DNA from: an uncultured Chroococcidiopsis sp.
GTDB taxonomy: Bacteria; Cyanobacteriota; Cyanobacteriia; Cyanobacteriales; Chroococcidiopsidaceae
Assembly (NCBI GenBank): GCA_964248365.1
Contig: CAXTYC010000010.1
Span: 32,001-96,000, forward strand
Reading direction: 5' to 3'
Length of the DNA: 64,000 bases
A program made the translations under genes and the position numbers. Shown here in pieces: positions 50,901 to 61,498 of the stretch. Below the pieces are notes generated by a model. That model saw nothing but the letters and a program-made list of their open reading frames with translations, searched no databases and was not told the origin of the DNA. Each line of letters starts with the position of its first letter. The stretch's first letter is position 1.

Positions 50901-51356
50901 TACCTGAATATTTCCAAACCGCTCAAACATAATGCGGTTAACTAGATTTGCTATTTGAGCGGCACGCTCTTGTTGTACTTGTTTAATTTGCTTAACAACC
51001 GCTTGGTTGGCAAAGTAATAAGCTGTTGCCCCGACCGCTACCACTGGGATTGTACCAATAGCGATCGCGGCAAGCATTGCCTTTGTTCTTAAGCGCATCC
51101 CTCCCCAAAAGGATGACTGTTTGATCGCTGGAGATGAATGCAGTGCTGATTCGTCGTGTCGATAAGAGCCTAGTATTGTAGTTGGTTTTTCTAGCTGTGG
51201 CGATAAGAGCGTTGATTGTGGTGTTTGAGTATCAGATAATTCATCCCCTTCGGAAGTAGAGCTAGTAGAATGACCGTTGGGAGCATTTGTATATTGTTTA
51301 GTATTAGAGTCATTCATATTGTTATGACCGGAAGATTTGGGAGATATTTGAGTCAT
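47967..51356 (-). CDS. PixJ-like MCP 1: dCache_1-type domain, HAMP, two cyanobacteriochrome GAFs, MCP domain
   Basis: Two TM helices, [14 protein letters not shown]1 DPCI/HPEH, GAF2 [24 protein letters not shown]. Confidence 0.92.
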   Translation of the reverse strand: MTQISPKSSGHNNMNDSNTKQYTNAPNGHSTSSTSEGDELSDTQTPQSTLLSPQLEKPTTILGSYRHDESALHSSPAIKQSSFWGGMRLRTKAMLAAIAIGTIPVVAVGATAYYFANQAVVKQIKQVQQERAAQIANLVNRIMFERFGNIQVVANYSVFRDPKLAAITSVQEKQAILDRVIQAYSVYESIAVLDLDGNVIAQSQGKPIPNGKLKEQNYFSQVLKTGRPVITEEVSVLTKDVCIFFAAPVKDPITGKTIAIARARMPIKAFEQLLRSFKTNDNQYYLIDESKKVLAATEKDDIGKEAKKHLPNFEQLEQGNKVDSVIGIEKSSNHQQLITFAPFEKLEGLPDLNWDVILSADTLVVFEPQRQLLLTLAIGTGIAALVVSAVAAYLANRATRPILAAADAVEKLGQGELDTRIAVAGKDELAILGSNINQMAIQLQNLVSSQALQTEQANFLSAIASAKDQQSQELESVFNKAVRGARELLKADRVVVYRFNPDWSGYIAAESVLPSWRSALNDKINDPCISKHLIEAYRKGRVVPTNNVMSAGFHPEHQNLMERLQIKANLVTPILKNNQLFGLLIAHHCAETHEWQQGEINFLTQLAALLGIILNRLSFLEQKQATAERASQIKDITLKLAQGIQAQEILDTAVAEIRGAIKSDRVVVYGFNDKWKGTVIAESVASGFPKALGAQIDDPCFADRYVEKYTQGRVQATENIYDAGLTDCHIAQLEQFAVKANLVAPIMRNGKLLGLLIAHQCNAPRTWLQEDINMFSQVATQVGLALERAMLLEQQKSAKEILQRRALELLMEVDPISRGDLTIRANVTEDEIGTIADSYNATINSLRKIVTQVQAAAKQVASTTTSSEGAVQELSKEALRQTEEIRAALDQIQEMSNSIRAVTQSAQQAEAAVQEATQTVAAGDAAMNRTVDGMMAIRKTVAETSKKVKRLGESSQKISKVVNLIGTFADQTNLLALNASIEAAHAGEQGRGFAVVADEVRTLARQSAEATAEIESLVKDIQQETNEVVAAMEAGTEQVVTGTVLVHETRQNLLKITSVSQQISELVGAIATAASAQSQASQMVTTTMTDVAAIANQTSNEATVVSASFKELLALAQELQTSASQFKVS

Positions 51357-51437
51357 AGGAGAAAGAGTGATAGCTAGTTGTTTGGGAGTTACTTAGGCAC
51401 TATGAATAAAAATGGCTAAGAAAAAAGAAATCTTTAA

Positions 51438-52007
51438 TCAATTTTTAGGCTGAGGCATACCAGCAATGATGGAATTACCATCCAAAACCACTAAGATTTC
51501 GCCGTTGGATTTCAGCCAATATCCACGTAAAAAAGGCACTAACTGGGGAGTGACAGCAGACAGCGGCGGCGATTGAATTTCATCAGGATTGCACCATTCC
51601 ATGTCTTCTAATCGATTGACCAATAGCCCTAGAGTTTTTCTACCTGTTTTTTGGCTACTTTGGTTTTTGTCTGAAGCCTGCCCAGTGCTATGAATTACAA
51701 CTGCCGTATAATTTGAGCGGCTAGTTGCCTGTTGGTGCAAAGGGGTAAGTCCGATCAAGTGACCTAGATCTACTATCCATAGAATTTCACCCCGCCAGTT
51801 ATACACACCCATCACCTCTGCTGGCATCTGCGGAATTGGCACAACAGAGGCAATAGGTATAGTTAGCACTTCTGTCATCTGTTGCACTGGTAACATGGCA
51901 GCAGTATCAGGTAGTAGGTGAATTCGCAAAAATTGCTGTCCAACCTGCGCTGTTTGTGCTGCACTTAACGGTCCTGCTGCTGTACCCCTGGTCAAAAACT
52001 CCAACAT
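51438..52007 (-). CDS. cheW: CheW adaptor (PixI-like)
   Basis: PIPQMPAEVMGVYNWRGEILWIVDL. Confidence 0.92.
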   Translation of the reverse strand: MLEFLTRGTAAGPLSAAQTAQVGQQFLRIHLLPDTAAMLPVQQMTEVLTIPIASVVPIPQMPAEVMGVYNWRGEILWIVDLGHLIGLTPLHQQATSRSNYTAVVIHSTGQASDKNQSSQKTGRKTLGLLVNRLEDMEWCNPDEIQSPPLSAVTPQLVPFLRGYWLKSNGEILVVLDGNSIIAGMPQPKN

Positions 52008-52070
52008 GATCGCGGATCTCCTAATGCTGCTGGGGAGCGAATGCGATCGCGCACACGCTGCCCTCGTGGC

Positions 52071-52436
52071 TTAATTTTTAATTAGTTGCTTAACTGTTTG
52101 CAGTAGTGTTTCTTGATCGATTGGCTTGGTAATATAGGCATCTGCTCCTTGTTTCATGCCCCAAAATTTATCCATTTCACTGCCTTTTGTTGAGCAAAGC
52201 ACGACTGGAATTTTGCTTGTTTCTGCTTCAGCTTTGAAATCGCGGCATAGTTCAAATCCACTTCGACCAGGTAGTACAATATCCAAAATGATTACATCTG
52301 GTTTTTGGCTACTAATTTTGGCACGGGCTTCTTCTCCGTTATTGGCTGTCTGAACACTTAAACCACCACGTTGTAAGCAGCTAGCGATTACTTGCATCTC
52401 GGTTGTCGAATCGTCAATAACTAAAACTGTACTCAT
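52071..52436 (-). CDS. cheY: Single-domain response regulator CheY (PixH-like)
   Basis: VLVIDDS, LDIVLPGRSGFE and DKFWGMKQGADAYITKP. Confidence 0.92.
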   Translation of the reverse strand: MSTVLVIDDSTTEMQVIASCLQRGGLSVQTANNGEEARAKISSQKPDVIILDIVLPGRSGFELCRDFKAEAETSKIPVVLCSTKGSEMDKFWGMKQGADAYITKPIDQETLLQTVKQLIKN

Positions 52437-52548
52437 GACATTAACCTCAAAAAAATAGAAATTGGCTAGGATAGGCTATGACTCAAAGGAGTCAAAATTC
52501 ACCGCGGCGATAGATAAAACAGCTACACTAAACAAGACGTTTTGTGGA

Positions 52549-53718
52549 TTACTCACTCAAGGAGTTGCTGTTTAGATATTTGTGCGTTATTGATAACACT
52601 GTTTCTGCATCTACTGGTTTGCTCAAGAAATCTGAAGCACCGACAATTTTGGCTCTAACTCGGTCGATAATGCCATCATTTCCGGTCAGGATAATGATAG
52701 GAGTAGTACGGAATGCAGAAACTTTTCGTAATTGGCTACATATTTCATATCCATTGGTATTTGGCATGACTAAATCTAAAAAGATCACATCGGGTTTACG
52801 AGTTAATAAACCTGCGATCGCCCTGAGTGAATCTTGAATTGCTACAAATTGGTAGCCATTTGATGTTAAAATTTGTTCCATACTTTGACAAACTAAAGGG
52901 CTATCATCCACACAAGCAATCAAAGGTCCTGAAGCCGCAGCAGTACTGCCTGGTGGTGCTGTAGGAGATTTGGCAGAGATTGGTGCAGCTAAATCAGGAA
53001 TATTGATTAACTCCACTAAACCCGCTTGAATGTAAGGCAGTAGGGAACAAGTTACATCTTTAACCTCTCGATTCATTACTACAGCCAAATCCCGCAACGT
53101 GCGTTGTCCATCCAGTAATTTGGTAAGATTTTGGTAAACTGCTGGTGAAACTTGTTGCTGTAGCTGTTCGCGCTGATTAATTACTAACGCTTTGTTGGGA
53201 GAGCGATCGGCAATATTAGCTTTTTGCCAGCTTTGCCAAATCTGCTGTACTTCTGTTAGTAATTGCCCAGGATCTAGCAATACTAATTGTGGCAATGATG
53301 TGTTTTCTGGCTTGAGATAATAATTCACTTGTATTGCTTGAGTGACATCAAACAATACTTCAGCAACAATAGCGGCAATCATTTTTCCCGCTTGCTCTCT
53401 AGTTATTTGTTGCTGTTCTACCCCTGCATACAACAATTGACATTCCCAACATTCAGATGTAGCCGATGAGTTAGAAAGAATGGCAGATAACTTTAGCTGT
53501 TGAAGATCAATTTGAGGGCAGTTTATCTTCAGCTGTCTGAGCCAGCGCCTAACTGGATGATTACCGCCTGTTGCATACAAAATCCGACCAAGAAATAGAT
53601 AAATAATCCATTCTTGATTTCCTGGTCCTTTCAGTAAAAATTGCCCAGTAAATCTATCTTGCTTTAAAGCAGCGATTTGACTGATAAAATCATTAGTTGC
53701 AAGTGGTTCCGCCATCAT
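52549..53718 (-). CDS. PatA-family response regulator (PATAN plus REC), PixG-like
   Basis: FTGQ..W.IYLFLGRILYATGG PATAN domain; C-terminal REC IACVDDS, LDLVMP. Confidence 0.9.
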   Translation of the reverse strand: MMAEPLATNDFISQIAALKQDRFTGQFLLKGPGNQEWIIYLFLGRILYATGGNHPVRRWLRQLKINCPQIDLQQLKLSAILSNSSATSECWECQLLYAGVEQQQITREQAGKMIAAIVAEVLFDVTQAIQVNYYLKPENTSLPQLVLLDPGQLLTEVQQIWQSWQKANIADRSPNKALVINQREQLQQQVSPAVYQNLTKLLDGQRTLRDLAVVMNREVKDVTCSLLPYIQAGLVELINIPDLAAPISAKSPTAPPGSTAAASGPLIACVDDSPLVCQSMEQILTSNGYQFVAIQDSLRAIAGLLTRKPDVIFLDLVMPNTNGYEICSQLRKVSAFRTTPIIILTGNDGIIDRVRAKIVGASDFLSKPVDAETVLSITHKYLNSNSLSE

Positions 53719-54932
53719 AATACCAGTTATTTTACTTACATTTATTTTGGGTGAATACTAATTTAAATAAACTGGTTATTGCTCAAGGATTAGATTTTAC
53801 TTCAATCGATAATGATGTTTTACTTCTTGAGATTACCAAAATTTTAAAAAAATCTGTTTGCAAAAGTAGGAATAAGGAGGAGCATTAAACTAAAGAAACA
53901 ATGAAGAAAGCAAAAAATCCTGAATTTAAAATCTGACAAAAGCCTCGTCTTAACGTCGCATTGATCATGGCATCAGCTTAATTAAGCAAGTAACCGTATG
54001 AATACTGAATTTGTTTGACCTAGGCAGAGTTTACGTACGTATGAGCAGGGGTTTATTATTTACTTAAAAAAGTGTTTCAAAAGGAATAAAGACAATCTTC
54101 AAAGCCTATAATAATCAATGCTTAGGCTTATAGAACTAGCATCCTATTAACAGTTACAGCAGGGGTAGCAGTAAGAAATTAGACTTATTGCAAAATTGAT
54201 TTTTCTTCTGGGTAACAGGAAAGTAACTCTCCTTCCCACGAGGTCTACCTCTTGACTTCCTATCTGTGTGGAAAGGGAGTAGGTGTGTCCTTCCAAGACT
54301 TATCCGCCCCATGTTCATACTCCAGCCCAAGCGCGATCGTCATTTGATGACATCATTATTTAGAGTCCTTGCTGGCGTGGACTTTTGCTATTAGCGAGGG
54401 CTTAAGGCGCAGCTAAGGAGGAGCGTAATGTATATTTGCTCAAAAGTAATGTATAAAATTTGCCCAAGGGCTTAAGTAAGAACAACGCCTATGCTGCTAG
54501 CACTGGTAGCATAAGTTAGTAATGCATCCGCAGCTTGGTGGGATAAGCTGCTCATGCATTTAAGCTGCATTCAATGGACGGGCTTTCCTGCCCATCCCAC
54601 AACAGTTAGATCATAAATATGGTTATATCAAAAACTTTTAACCAGGTAAACCAAAACAAGCTTGTAGAGCAAGTAATAGCCAGCAGTTTGACTAAATTTA
54701 TAAGTGATATTATAATTTTCTTCTGAAGCTGCACATTCACTGTTATAGGTACGTAAACCTTGGGGAGGTAAGTACTTACTTACAATGAGAGTGAGTTTAA
54801 CTACAAGTTTTGAGTATTTTGAGTATATTTTAAGTCTTTACTTAGCCTTCACGCTATCACTATTATATTAGCAGAAATATTTACTAATTTTTTAAATTGA
54901 TAACTGTATATTTACTGTGTCTTTACATTTCG

Positions 54933-54972
54933 TTAGCTAAGTGCATATTAGGATTAATATGCACTTAGCTAA
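54933..54972. repeat. Perfect 18-bp inverted repeat upstream of rfbF
   Basis: TTAGCTAAGTGCATATTA-GGAT-TAATATGCACTTAGCTAA. Confidence 0.9.
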
Positions 54973-55060
54973 ATGAAGGCGTTTGCTCACTCACACAACA
55001 GTGGTGACGGAATCTACCAAAAATACAAACTAGTCTGGTAAAAAATTTCGAGGTAACCAC

Positions 55061-55834
55061 ATGAAAGCCGTAATACTTGCAGGAGGGCTTGGCACTCGTC
55101 TTTGCGAAGAAACCACTGTTAGACCGAAGCCTATGGTTGAGATTGGCGCTAGACCCATTCTATGGCACATCATGAAAATCTACTCAGCCTATGGCATTAA
55201 TGATTTTATTATTTGCTGCGGTTACAAAGGATACATAATCAAGGAATATTTTGCTAATTATTTTTTACATATGTCAGACGTGACGTTTGACATGAGATTT
55301 AATCAGATGAATATTCATTGTGGCTATGCAGAACCTTGGCGAGTCACACTGGTAGATACAGGTGACAAAACCATGACTGGTGGACGGCTCAAGCGAGTAA
55401 GAGAACACATCGGTAATGAAACCTTTTGTTTTACCTATGGCGATGGTGTCAGCAGTGTGAACATAAAAGATTTAATCGAGTTTCATAAACAGCAAAAGAC
55501 TTTGGCAACACTAACAGCAAGCCAACCACCAGGACGATTCGGTGCAATCTGCTTGTCACAAGAGCAAACTAAGATTACCAGCTTTCGTGAAAAGCCAGTA
55601 GGAGACGGTGCTTGGGTAAATAGTGGTTTTTTTGTGCTGGAACCAGAAGTTATTGACTTTATTGCCGATGACTCTACTGTTTGGGAACAAGAACCTTTGC
55701 AAAAGCTAGCTAATATGGAGCAACTGTCAGCTTACAAGCATACTGGTTTTTGGCAACCTATGGACACTTTACGAGATAAGTGCTACTTAGAAGACCTTTG
55801 GAACAGCGATTATACTCCTTGGAAGGTATGGTAA
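55061..55834 (+). CDS. rfbF: Glucose-1-phosphate cytidylyltransferase
   Basis: [35 protein letters not shown] and [11 protein letters not shown]. Confidence 0.95.
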   Translation: MKAVILAGGLGTRLCEETTVRPKPMVEIGARPILWHIMKIYSAYGINDFIICCGYKGYIIKEYFANYFLHMSDVTFDMRFNQMNIHCGYAEPWRVTLVDTGDKTMTGGRLKRVREHIGNETFCFTYGDGVSSVNIKDLIEFHKQQKTLATLTASQPPGRFGAICLSQEQTKITSFREKPVGDGAWVNSGFFVLEPEVIDFIADDSTVWEQEPLQKLANMEQLSAYKHTGFWQPMDTLRDKCYLEDLWNSDYTPWKVW

Positions 55835-55882
55835 TTGTTTTTGCCACCTGGTATCAACTTCAGTTTGATGGATGACATTCTC

Positions 55883-57097
55883 ATGTATGATTTTGCAATT
55901 ATAGGCGGCGGAATTGTTGGTCTTGCTAGCGGTATGGCTGTAGGTAAACGCTATCCTAATGCACGAATTTTAATTTTAGAGAAGGAAAGTAATTGGGCAT
56001 ATCACCAAACTGGAAATAATAGCGGTGTAATTCACTCTGGTATTTATTACAAGCCTGGGAGTTTTAAGGCTAAGTTCTGCCGTGACGGTAGTCGTTCAAT
56101 GGTGGAATTTTGCCAGCAATATGGTATTGATTATGAAGTTTGCGGTAAGGTAATTGTTGCGACGGAGGTTGAACAACTGCCACTACTAGAAAATCTCTAC
56201 AAAAGAGGTTTAGAGAATGGCTTGAATGTTACTAAGATTAGTGCAGAGCAAGTTAAAGAAATTGAGCCTCATGTTAGTTGTCTAGCAGGCATCCGAGTAT
56301 CGACAACTGGAATTGTTAACTATAAACAAGTTTGTCAGAAATACGCTGATTTAATTAAATCTCAAGGCGGCGATTTGCGGCTCAATACTAAGGTTGAGAA
56401 GATTAGCCAAACCAGTACAGGTACTGTATTGGAAACAAACAATGGCACGTTTGAGACTCGCTTTGTAATTAATTGTGCTGGATTGCATAGCGATCGCATT
56501 GCTAAATTAGGACAAGTCGATCCGCAAGCTAAGATTGTGCCGTTTCGCGGTGAATACTATGAATTAATACCAGAAAAACGTTATCTTGTCAAGACGCTAA
56601 TTTATCCGGTTCCCAATCCTGCCTTTCCGTTTTTGGGTGTCCACTTCACTCGGATGATTGATGGTAGTGTCCACGCCGGACCAAATGCCGTACTGAGTTT
56701 GAAGCGTGAAGGATACAAAAAGACTGACTTCGACCTACGGGATTTTACTGAAGTTATGACTTATCCTGGTTTCTGGAAATTGGCAGGTCTCCACGCCCAG
56801 GAAGGAATTGGGGAAATCATTCGTTCATTTAGCAAAGCTGCTTTTGTGCGAAGTTTACAAAAGCTAATTCCAGAAGTAAAAGCAGAAGATTTAGTTCCAA
56901 CCCATGCTGGGGTAAGGGCGCAAGCGTTGATGAGCGATGGTAAGTTGGTAGACGACTTTTTGATTGTTCAAGGTAAGAACGCTACTCATGTATGTAATGC
57001 GCCGTCGCCTGCTGCTACTTCTTCACTGGAAATTGGCAAAGCGATCGCCGCCGCCATTCCCGAACAATCCCATCTTGAACCAAGAGTAAAAGTATAG
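55883..57097 (+). CDS. lhgO: L-2-hydroxyglutarate oxidase (FAD)
   Basis: IIGGGIVG, HQTGNNSGVIHSGIYY, PFLGVHFT and NAPSPAATSS; ATG at 55883. Confidence 0.92.
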   Translation: MYDFAIIGGGIVGLASGMAVGKRYPNARILILEKESNWAYHQTGNNSGVIHSGIYYKPGSFKAKFCRDGSRSMVEFCQQYGIDYEVCGKVIVATEVEQLPLLENLYKRGLENGLNVTKISAEQVKEIEPHVSCLAGIRVSTTGIVNYKQVCQKYADLIKSQGGDLRLNTKVEKISQTSTGTVLETNNGTFETRFVINCAGLHSDRIAKLGQVDPQAKIVPFRGEYYELIPEKRYLVKTLIYPVPNPAFPFLGVHFTRMIDGSVHAGPNAVLSLKREGYKKTDFDLRDFTEVMTYPGFWKLAGLHAQEGIGEIIRSFSKAAFVRSLQKLIPEVKAEDLVPTHAGVRAQALMSDGKLVDDFLIVQGKNATHVCNAPSPAATSSLEIGKAIAAAIPEQSHLEPRVKV

Positions 57098-57109
57098 GAA
57101 TTTACACAG

Positions 57110-58132
57110 ATGAAAGTATTAGTAACTGGAACAGAAGGTTATCTAGGCTCATTGTTGCCACCAATTTTAATGCAGCGTGGGCATGAAGTAATAGGGGTAG
57201 ATACGGGCTATTACAAAGTTGGTTGGCTGTACAACGGAACTGAAGTTACTGCTAAAACCCTAAATAAAGACATTCGACACATCACGGCTGAAGATTTAGA
57301 AGGCGTAGAGGCGATCGTTCACATGGCTGAACTATCGAACGATCCCACCGGACAACTTTCGCCCAATATTACCTACGACATTAACCATAAAGGTTCAGTG
57401 CGCTTGGCAACATTAGCTAAAGCTGCTGGTGTGCGGCGTTTTGTGTATATGTCTTCTTGTAGTGTCTATGGCGTTGCTACCGAGGGAGACGTTACCGAAG
57501 AAACTCCAGTCAATCCACAAACAGCTTATGCCGATTGTAAAACTTTGGTAGAGCGCGATGTGATGGCAATGGCAGAGGATAATTTCTCGCCCACATTCTT
57601 ACGCAATGCTACTGCTTTTGGGGCTTCTCCCAGAATGCGTTTTGATATTGTTCTAAATAACCTAGCAGGACTAGCTTGGACTACCAAAGAAATCAAAATG
57701 ACGAGTGACGGTACGCCTTGGCGACCACTAGTTCACGCTTTGGATATTTGTAAAGCAATTGTTTGCACATTGGAAGCACCGCGCGACATTGTGCATAACC
57801 AAATTTTCAATGTAGGCGATACCGCCAACAATTATCAAGTAAAAGAAATTGCCGAGATAGTTGCACAAATCTTTAAAGGATGTCAATTAACTTTTGGGCA
57901 AAACGGTGCAGATAACCGCAGTTATCGAGTTTCCTTTGAGAAGATCAACAAAACTTTACCAGGATTCAAGTGTGAGTGGGACGCGGTTCGTGGTGCTAAG
58001 CAGCTATTTGACATATTTACTCTAATTGATATGTCAGAAGAGACTTTTTTCTTTAGGGGTTTTACTCGCTTGAAGCAACTTGAGTATCTAATTCGCACTG
58101 CGCAAATCGATCAAGATTTCTTCTGGAAATAA
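57110..58132 (+). CDS. NAD-dependent NDP-sugar epimerase/dehydratase (extended SDR)
   Basis: VLVTGTEGYLG, SSCSVYG, YADCK and SDGTPWRP. Confidence 0.9.
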   Translation: MKVLVTGTEGYLGSLLPPILMQRGHEVIGVDTGYYKVGWLYNGTEVTAKTLNKDIRHITAEDLEGVEAIVHMAELSNDPTGQLSPNITYDINHKGSVRLATLAKAAGVRRFVYMSSCSVYGVATEGDVTEETPVNPQTAYADCKTLVERDVMAMAEDNFSPTFLRNATAFGASPRMRFDIVLNNLAGLAWTTKEIKMTSDGTPWRPLVHALDICKAIVCTLEAPRDIVHNQIFNVGDTANNYQVKEIAEIVAQIFKGCQLTFGQNGADNRSYRVSFEKINKTLPGFKCEWDAVRGAKQLFDIFTLIDMSEETFFFRGFTRLKQLEYLIRTAQIDQDFFWK

Positions 58133-58231
58133 ATAGAAATAGTTAGCCTCTATCTCTAAAGTGCGCTGGCGAAAGTGGAATTTATTTTCAGTTATCTTGC
58201 ACTAATAACTAATAAGGCTCCGCCTTAACGA

Positions 58232-58262
58232 TCTCGTTTCTAAGCTGAGCTTAGAAACGAGA
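58232..58262. repeat. Perfect 15-bp palindromic REP-like repeat
   Basis: TCTCGTTTCTAAGCT-G-AGCTTAGAAACGAGA. Confidence 0.85.
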
Positions 58263-58336
58263 GCAAAGAGGTTATACCTCCTAGCTGTGCAAGAAGTGAT
58301 TCGTGCTATTCATTAAATCAGTAGGAAACATTAAAT

Positions 58337-59614
58337 ATGAGTAATCAGTGTCGTTTTTGTAATAATCAACTCAAGTATACTTTTGCTGACTTAGGAACAT
58401 CGCCTATAGCCAATGACTATTTAAATCCCGAACAGCTCCTGCGGGCAGAAAAATTTTATCCACTCCATGCATACGTTTGTGAGAAATGTCTGTTGGTGCA
58501 GCTAGATGAAGTTGAATCCCCCGATCACATTTTTGGTGATGGTGACTATGCTTATTTTTCTTCCTACTCGGATAGTTGGCTAAGACACGCCAAGGCATAC
58601 ACTGATCTAATGGTAGAAAGGTTTGGATTTAACTCTAATCATCGAGTGATTGAAATTGCTAGTAATGATGGTTATTTGCTGCAATATTTTCACGAAAAAG
58701 GAATTCCAGTTTTAGGGATTGAACCTGCTGCAAATACAGCCAAAGTAGCGGCAGAAAAAGGTATTCCAAGCTGGGTTAAGTTCTTTGGGGTGGAAACAGC
58801 AAAAGAACTGGTAGCGGAAGGAAAAACAGCAGATTTATTGTTGGGAAACAATGTATTAGCTCACGTTCCTGATGTGAATGATTTTGTGGCTGGGATGAAA
58901 ATTGTCTTGAAGCCAAATGGTATTTTGACAATGGAGTTTCCCCATTTGTTGCAACTGATGCAGCAAAATCAATTTGACACAATTTATCACGAGCATTTTT
59001 CCTATTTTTCATTCTTAACAGTAGAGAAAATTTTTGCGGCACATGGTTTGACAATATTTGATGTAGAGGAATTACCAACTCATGGCGGTTCTTTGCGGAT
59101 ATATGGCAAATATAATGATGCGATCGCACCTGCAATTAGTGAACGAGTAACAAAATTAAAAGATAAGGAAACTTCTTTTCTTTTGCACGACGTGGAAACT
59201 TATTTAACATTTGGGGAACAAGTAAAAGCAACCAAACGTAAACTACTAAGTTTTCTAATTGAAGCGAAAGCTCAAGGGAAAGCGATCGCCGCTTATGGTG
59301 CGCCAGCTAAAGGCAATACCCTACTGAATTACTGCGGTGTTGGCACAGATTTTATTGACTATACAGTAGATCGCAGCCCCTACAAACAAGGAATGTTTCT
59401 CCCTGGAACTCACATTCCCATCCTGCATCCAGATCAAATCCGCTCCACTAAGCCGGATTACATACTAATTTTGCCCTGGAATCTCAAAGAGGAAATTATG
59501 AGCCAAATCGCATATATTGCTGACTGGGGCGGTAAATTTGTAGTACCAATTCCCTATGTACAAGTATATGACCCCTCGCTACAATTTAACATACAGCCTT
59601 TATTATTGAAATAG
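58337..59614 (+). CDS. NDP-hexose C3-methyltransferase-like protein (Zn-binding, SAM)
   Basis: CRFC...CEKC, EIASNDGYLL, FDTIYHEH, THGGSLR and YGAPAKGNTLLN. Confidence 0.9.
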   Translation: MSNQCRFCNNQLKYTFADLGTSPIANDYLNPEQLLRAEKFYPLHAYVCEKCLLVQLDEVESPDHIFGDGDYAYFSSYSDSWLRHAKAYTDLMVERFGFNSNHRVIEIASNDGYLLQYFHEKGIPVLGIEPAANTAKVAAEKGIPSWVKFFGVETAKELVAEGKTADLLLGNNVLAHVPDVNDFVAGMKIVLKPNGILTMEFPHLLQLMQQNQFDTIYHEHFSYFSFLTVEKIFAAHGLTIFDVEELPTHGGSLRIYGKYNDAIAPAISERVTKLKDKETSFLLHDVETYLTFGEQVKATKRKLLSFLIEAKAQGKAIAAYGAPAKGNTLLNYCGVGTDFIDYTVDRSPYKQGMFLPGTHIPILHPDQIRSTKPDYILILPWNLKEEIMSQIAYIADWGGKFVVPIPYVQVYDPSLQFNIQPLLLK

Positions 59615-59878
59615 ATTAACCTCAGATCTTGCATCTGGCTTGATTGCTACAGCAATCCGCGCATCATTGGTGAACAGTAGATGATGTAGGGCATTGCCCA
59701 TCGAATCTGATAATGGTGGGCAATGCCCACCCTACTATAAATTAACTTGTCACCAAAAAATAGAGGCTTTGCCTCATTTAAAAAAGGGAAATAAAGCCCA
59801 ATTATCTTAATTAACTCATCTACAAGTTAATGACTAAATTACTAATGTAAACAAACGTTTTGAGATAAAAATTGATTT

Positions 59879-60421
59879 ATGTTATTTACTGAAACTACTC
59901 TTAAAGGCGCGTTCATTATTGACATAGAGCAGCGAGAAGATCATCGCGGCTTCTTTGCTCGAACGTTTTGCGCCCAAGAATTTGTCGCCTACGGTTTAGA
60001 AGTAACTAATGCCCAGTGCAGCATCGCCTTTAATCGTAAAAAAGGCACAATAAGAGGTATGCACTATAATGCTGAACCTGCAACAGAGGCAAAGTTAGTT
60101 CGTTGTACTCAAGGGGCTATCTATGATGTGATTGTAGATTTACGTCCTGACTCTCCCACTTTTCTAGCTCATATTGGTGTGGAACTAACAGCTGATAACC
60201 ATCGATCGCTATATGTACCGGAAATGTTTGCTCACGGCTACCAGACGCTGACAGATGGGGCTGAGGTTGTATATCAGATGAATAAATTCTACACACCAGG
60301 TTACGAGCGGGGCTTGCACTATGACGATCCTATGTTAGGTATAGAGTGGGCGCTACCAGTAAGCGAAATTTCTGAAAAAGACTTGAACTGGCAATTTTTG
60401 GAAACAAGTATCATTAAGTAA
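59879..60421 (+). CDS. rfbC: dTDP-4-dehydrorhamnose 3,5-epimerase family (RmlC)
   Basis: DHRGFF, GTIRGMH, KLVRC, DLRPDSPT and FAHGY. Confidence 0.93.
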   Translation: MLFTETTLKGAFIIDIEQREDHRGFFARTFCAQEFVAYGLEVTNAQCSIAFNRKKGTIRGMHYNAEPATEAKLVRCTQGAIYDVIVDLRPDSPTFLAHIGVELTADNHRSLYVPEMFAHGYQTLTDGAEVVYQMNKFYTPGYERGLHYDDPMLGIEWALPVSEISEKDLNWQFLETSIIK

Positions 60422-60441
60422 TGACGGTATAAAATTTACTG

Positions 60442-61404
60442 TTGAATACAGGAGCTAGCAGGGTGAATAATACGATTTTCTTCGATTCTAGCCATAGTGA
60501 TGAAGCCAGACGTGAGCAAATATACAACGGACAACTGTTCGTTTACTCACCTTGCAAGAGCGCGATCGCAATGTGTGAGTTTGCTCGTGAATTGGCACAA
60601 TCCGCTTTTGCCCCCCTACATCCAACCGAAGCACAGCATCACCTACCAGTCGAAGAGTATGCAGCAATTTTGGCTGAACTCAAGCCGAAATTTATCCACC
60701 ATCCCAAGTCAAAGCAATTTATTCAGGGAATTCTGAGCGAGTTGGGATGTGATTTAGAAAAAACATACTTCGACGTACCGCGTTTGCGTACAGCAACCAG
60801 TGACAATTATCTCACCTCTGGCATCGCCTATGCCTTCCATCCCCATCGTGACACTTGGTACTCGGCTCCCCCCTGCCAGTTAAACTGGTGGTTCCCAGTT
60901 TATGACGTTGAGCCAGATAACGTTATGGCTTTTCATCCCCGTTACTTCTCCCAGCCAGTGAAAAACGGTTCTAGCGGCTACAACTACTACGAATGGAACA
61001 AAGAAAGCCGCAAGAACGCAGCACAGCATATTAAGAAAGATACACGCAAGCAACCACGAGCCGACGAGCCGATGGAACTCGATCCACAAATTCGGATCGT
61101 GAGCAAAGTTGGTGGTATAACGCTTTTTTCTGGTGCTCAGATGCACTCCACTGTACCTAACACTTCTGGACGCACACGCTTTAGTATCGATTTCAGAACA
61201 GTGCATCTTGATGATGTGGTAGCAAAGCGGGGCGCACCGAATGTTGACTCGGCTTGTACGGGAACTGTTTTGCGGGACTTCTTGCGTGGTACTGATTTTG
61301 CTCACATTCCCGAAGAAATAGTCAAACTCTACGATGATGGAAATCCGATAGATGGTGTGCTGGTGTTCGATCCTTCTGTGCTTTCCCACCCTGTCCGCAC
61401 ATAA
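60442..61404 (+). CDS. Putative Fe(II)/2-oxoglutarate-type oxygenase (double-stranded beta-helix fold), substrate unknown
   Basis: HPHRDTW (H-x-D), distal QMHS and TRFSIDFR; start may be GTG 60463. Confidence 0.6.
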   Translation: MNTGASRVNNTIFFDSSHSDEARREQIYNGQLFVYSPCKSAIAMCEFARELAQSAFAPLHPTEAQHHLPVEEYAAILAELKPKFIHHPKSKQFIQGILSELGCDLEKTYFDVPRLRTATSDNYLTSGIAYAFHPHRDTWYSAPPCQLNWWFPVYDVEPDNVMAFHPRYFSQPVKNGSSGYNYYEWNKESRKNAAQHIKKDTRKQPRADEPMELDPQIRIVSKVGGITLFSGAQMHSTVPNTSGRTRFSIDFRTVHLDDVVAKRGAPNVDSACTGTVLRDFLRGTDFAHIPEEIVKLYDDGNPIDGVLVFDPSVLSHPVRT

Positions 61405-61498
61405 GCCGTCGGGTGCGTTAGAAACGCACCTTTAGCCTCGTATCCCAGGCATCGCTGTGGGAACGAGAATGTAGTGCAAGATATCAGGTAGACAAAGT

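Noticed and set aside
60880..61389. 169-aa antisense ORF
   Set aside because: Shadow of the putative oxygenase gene within a co-oriented operon
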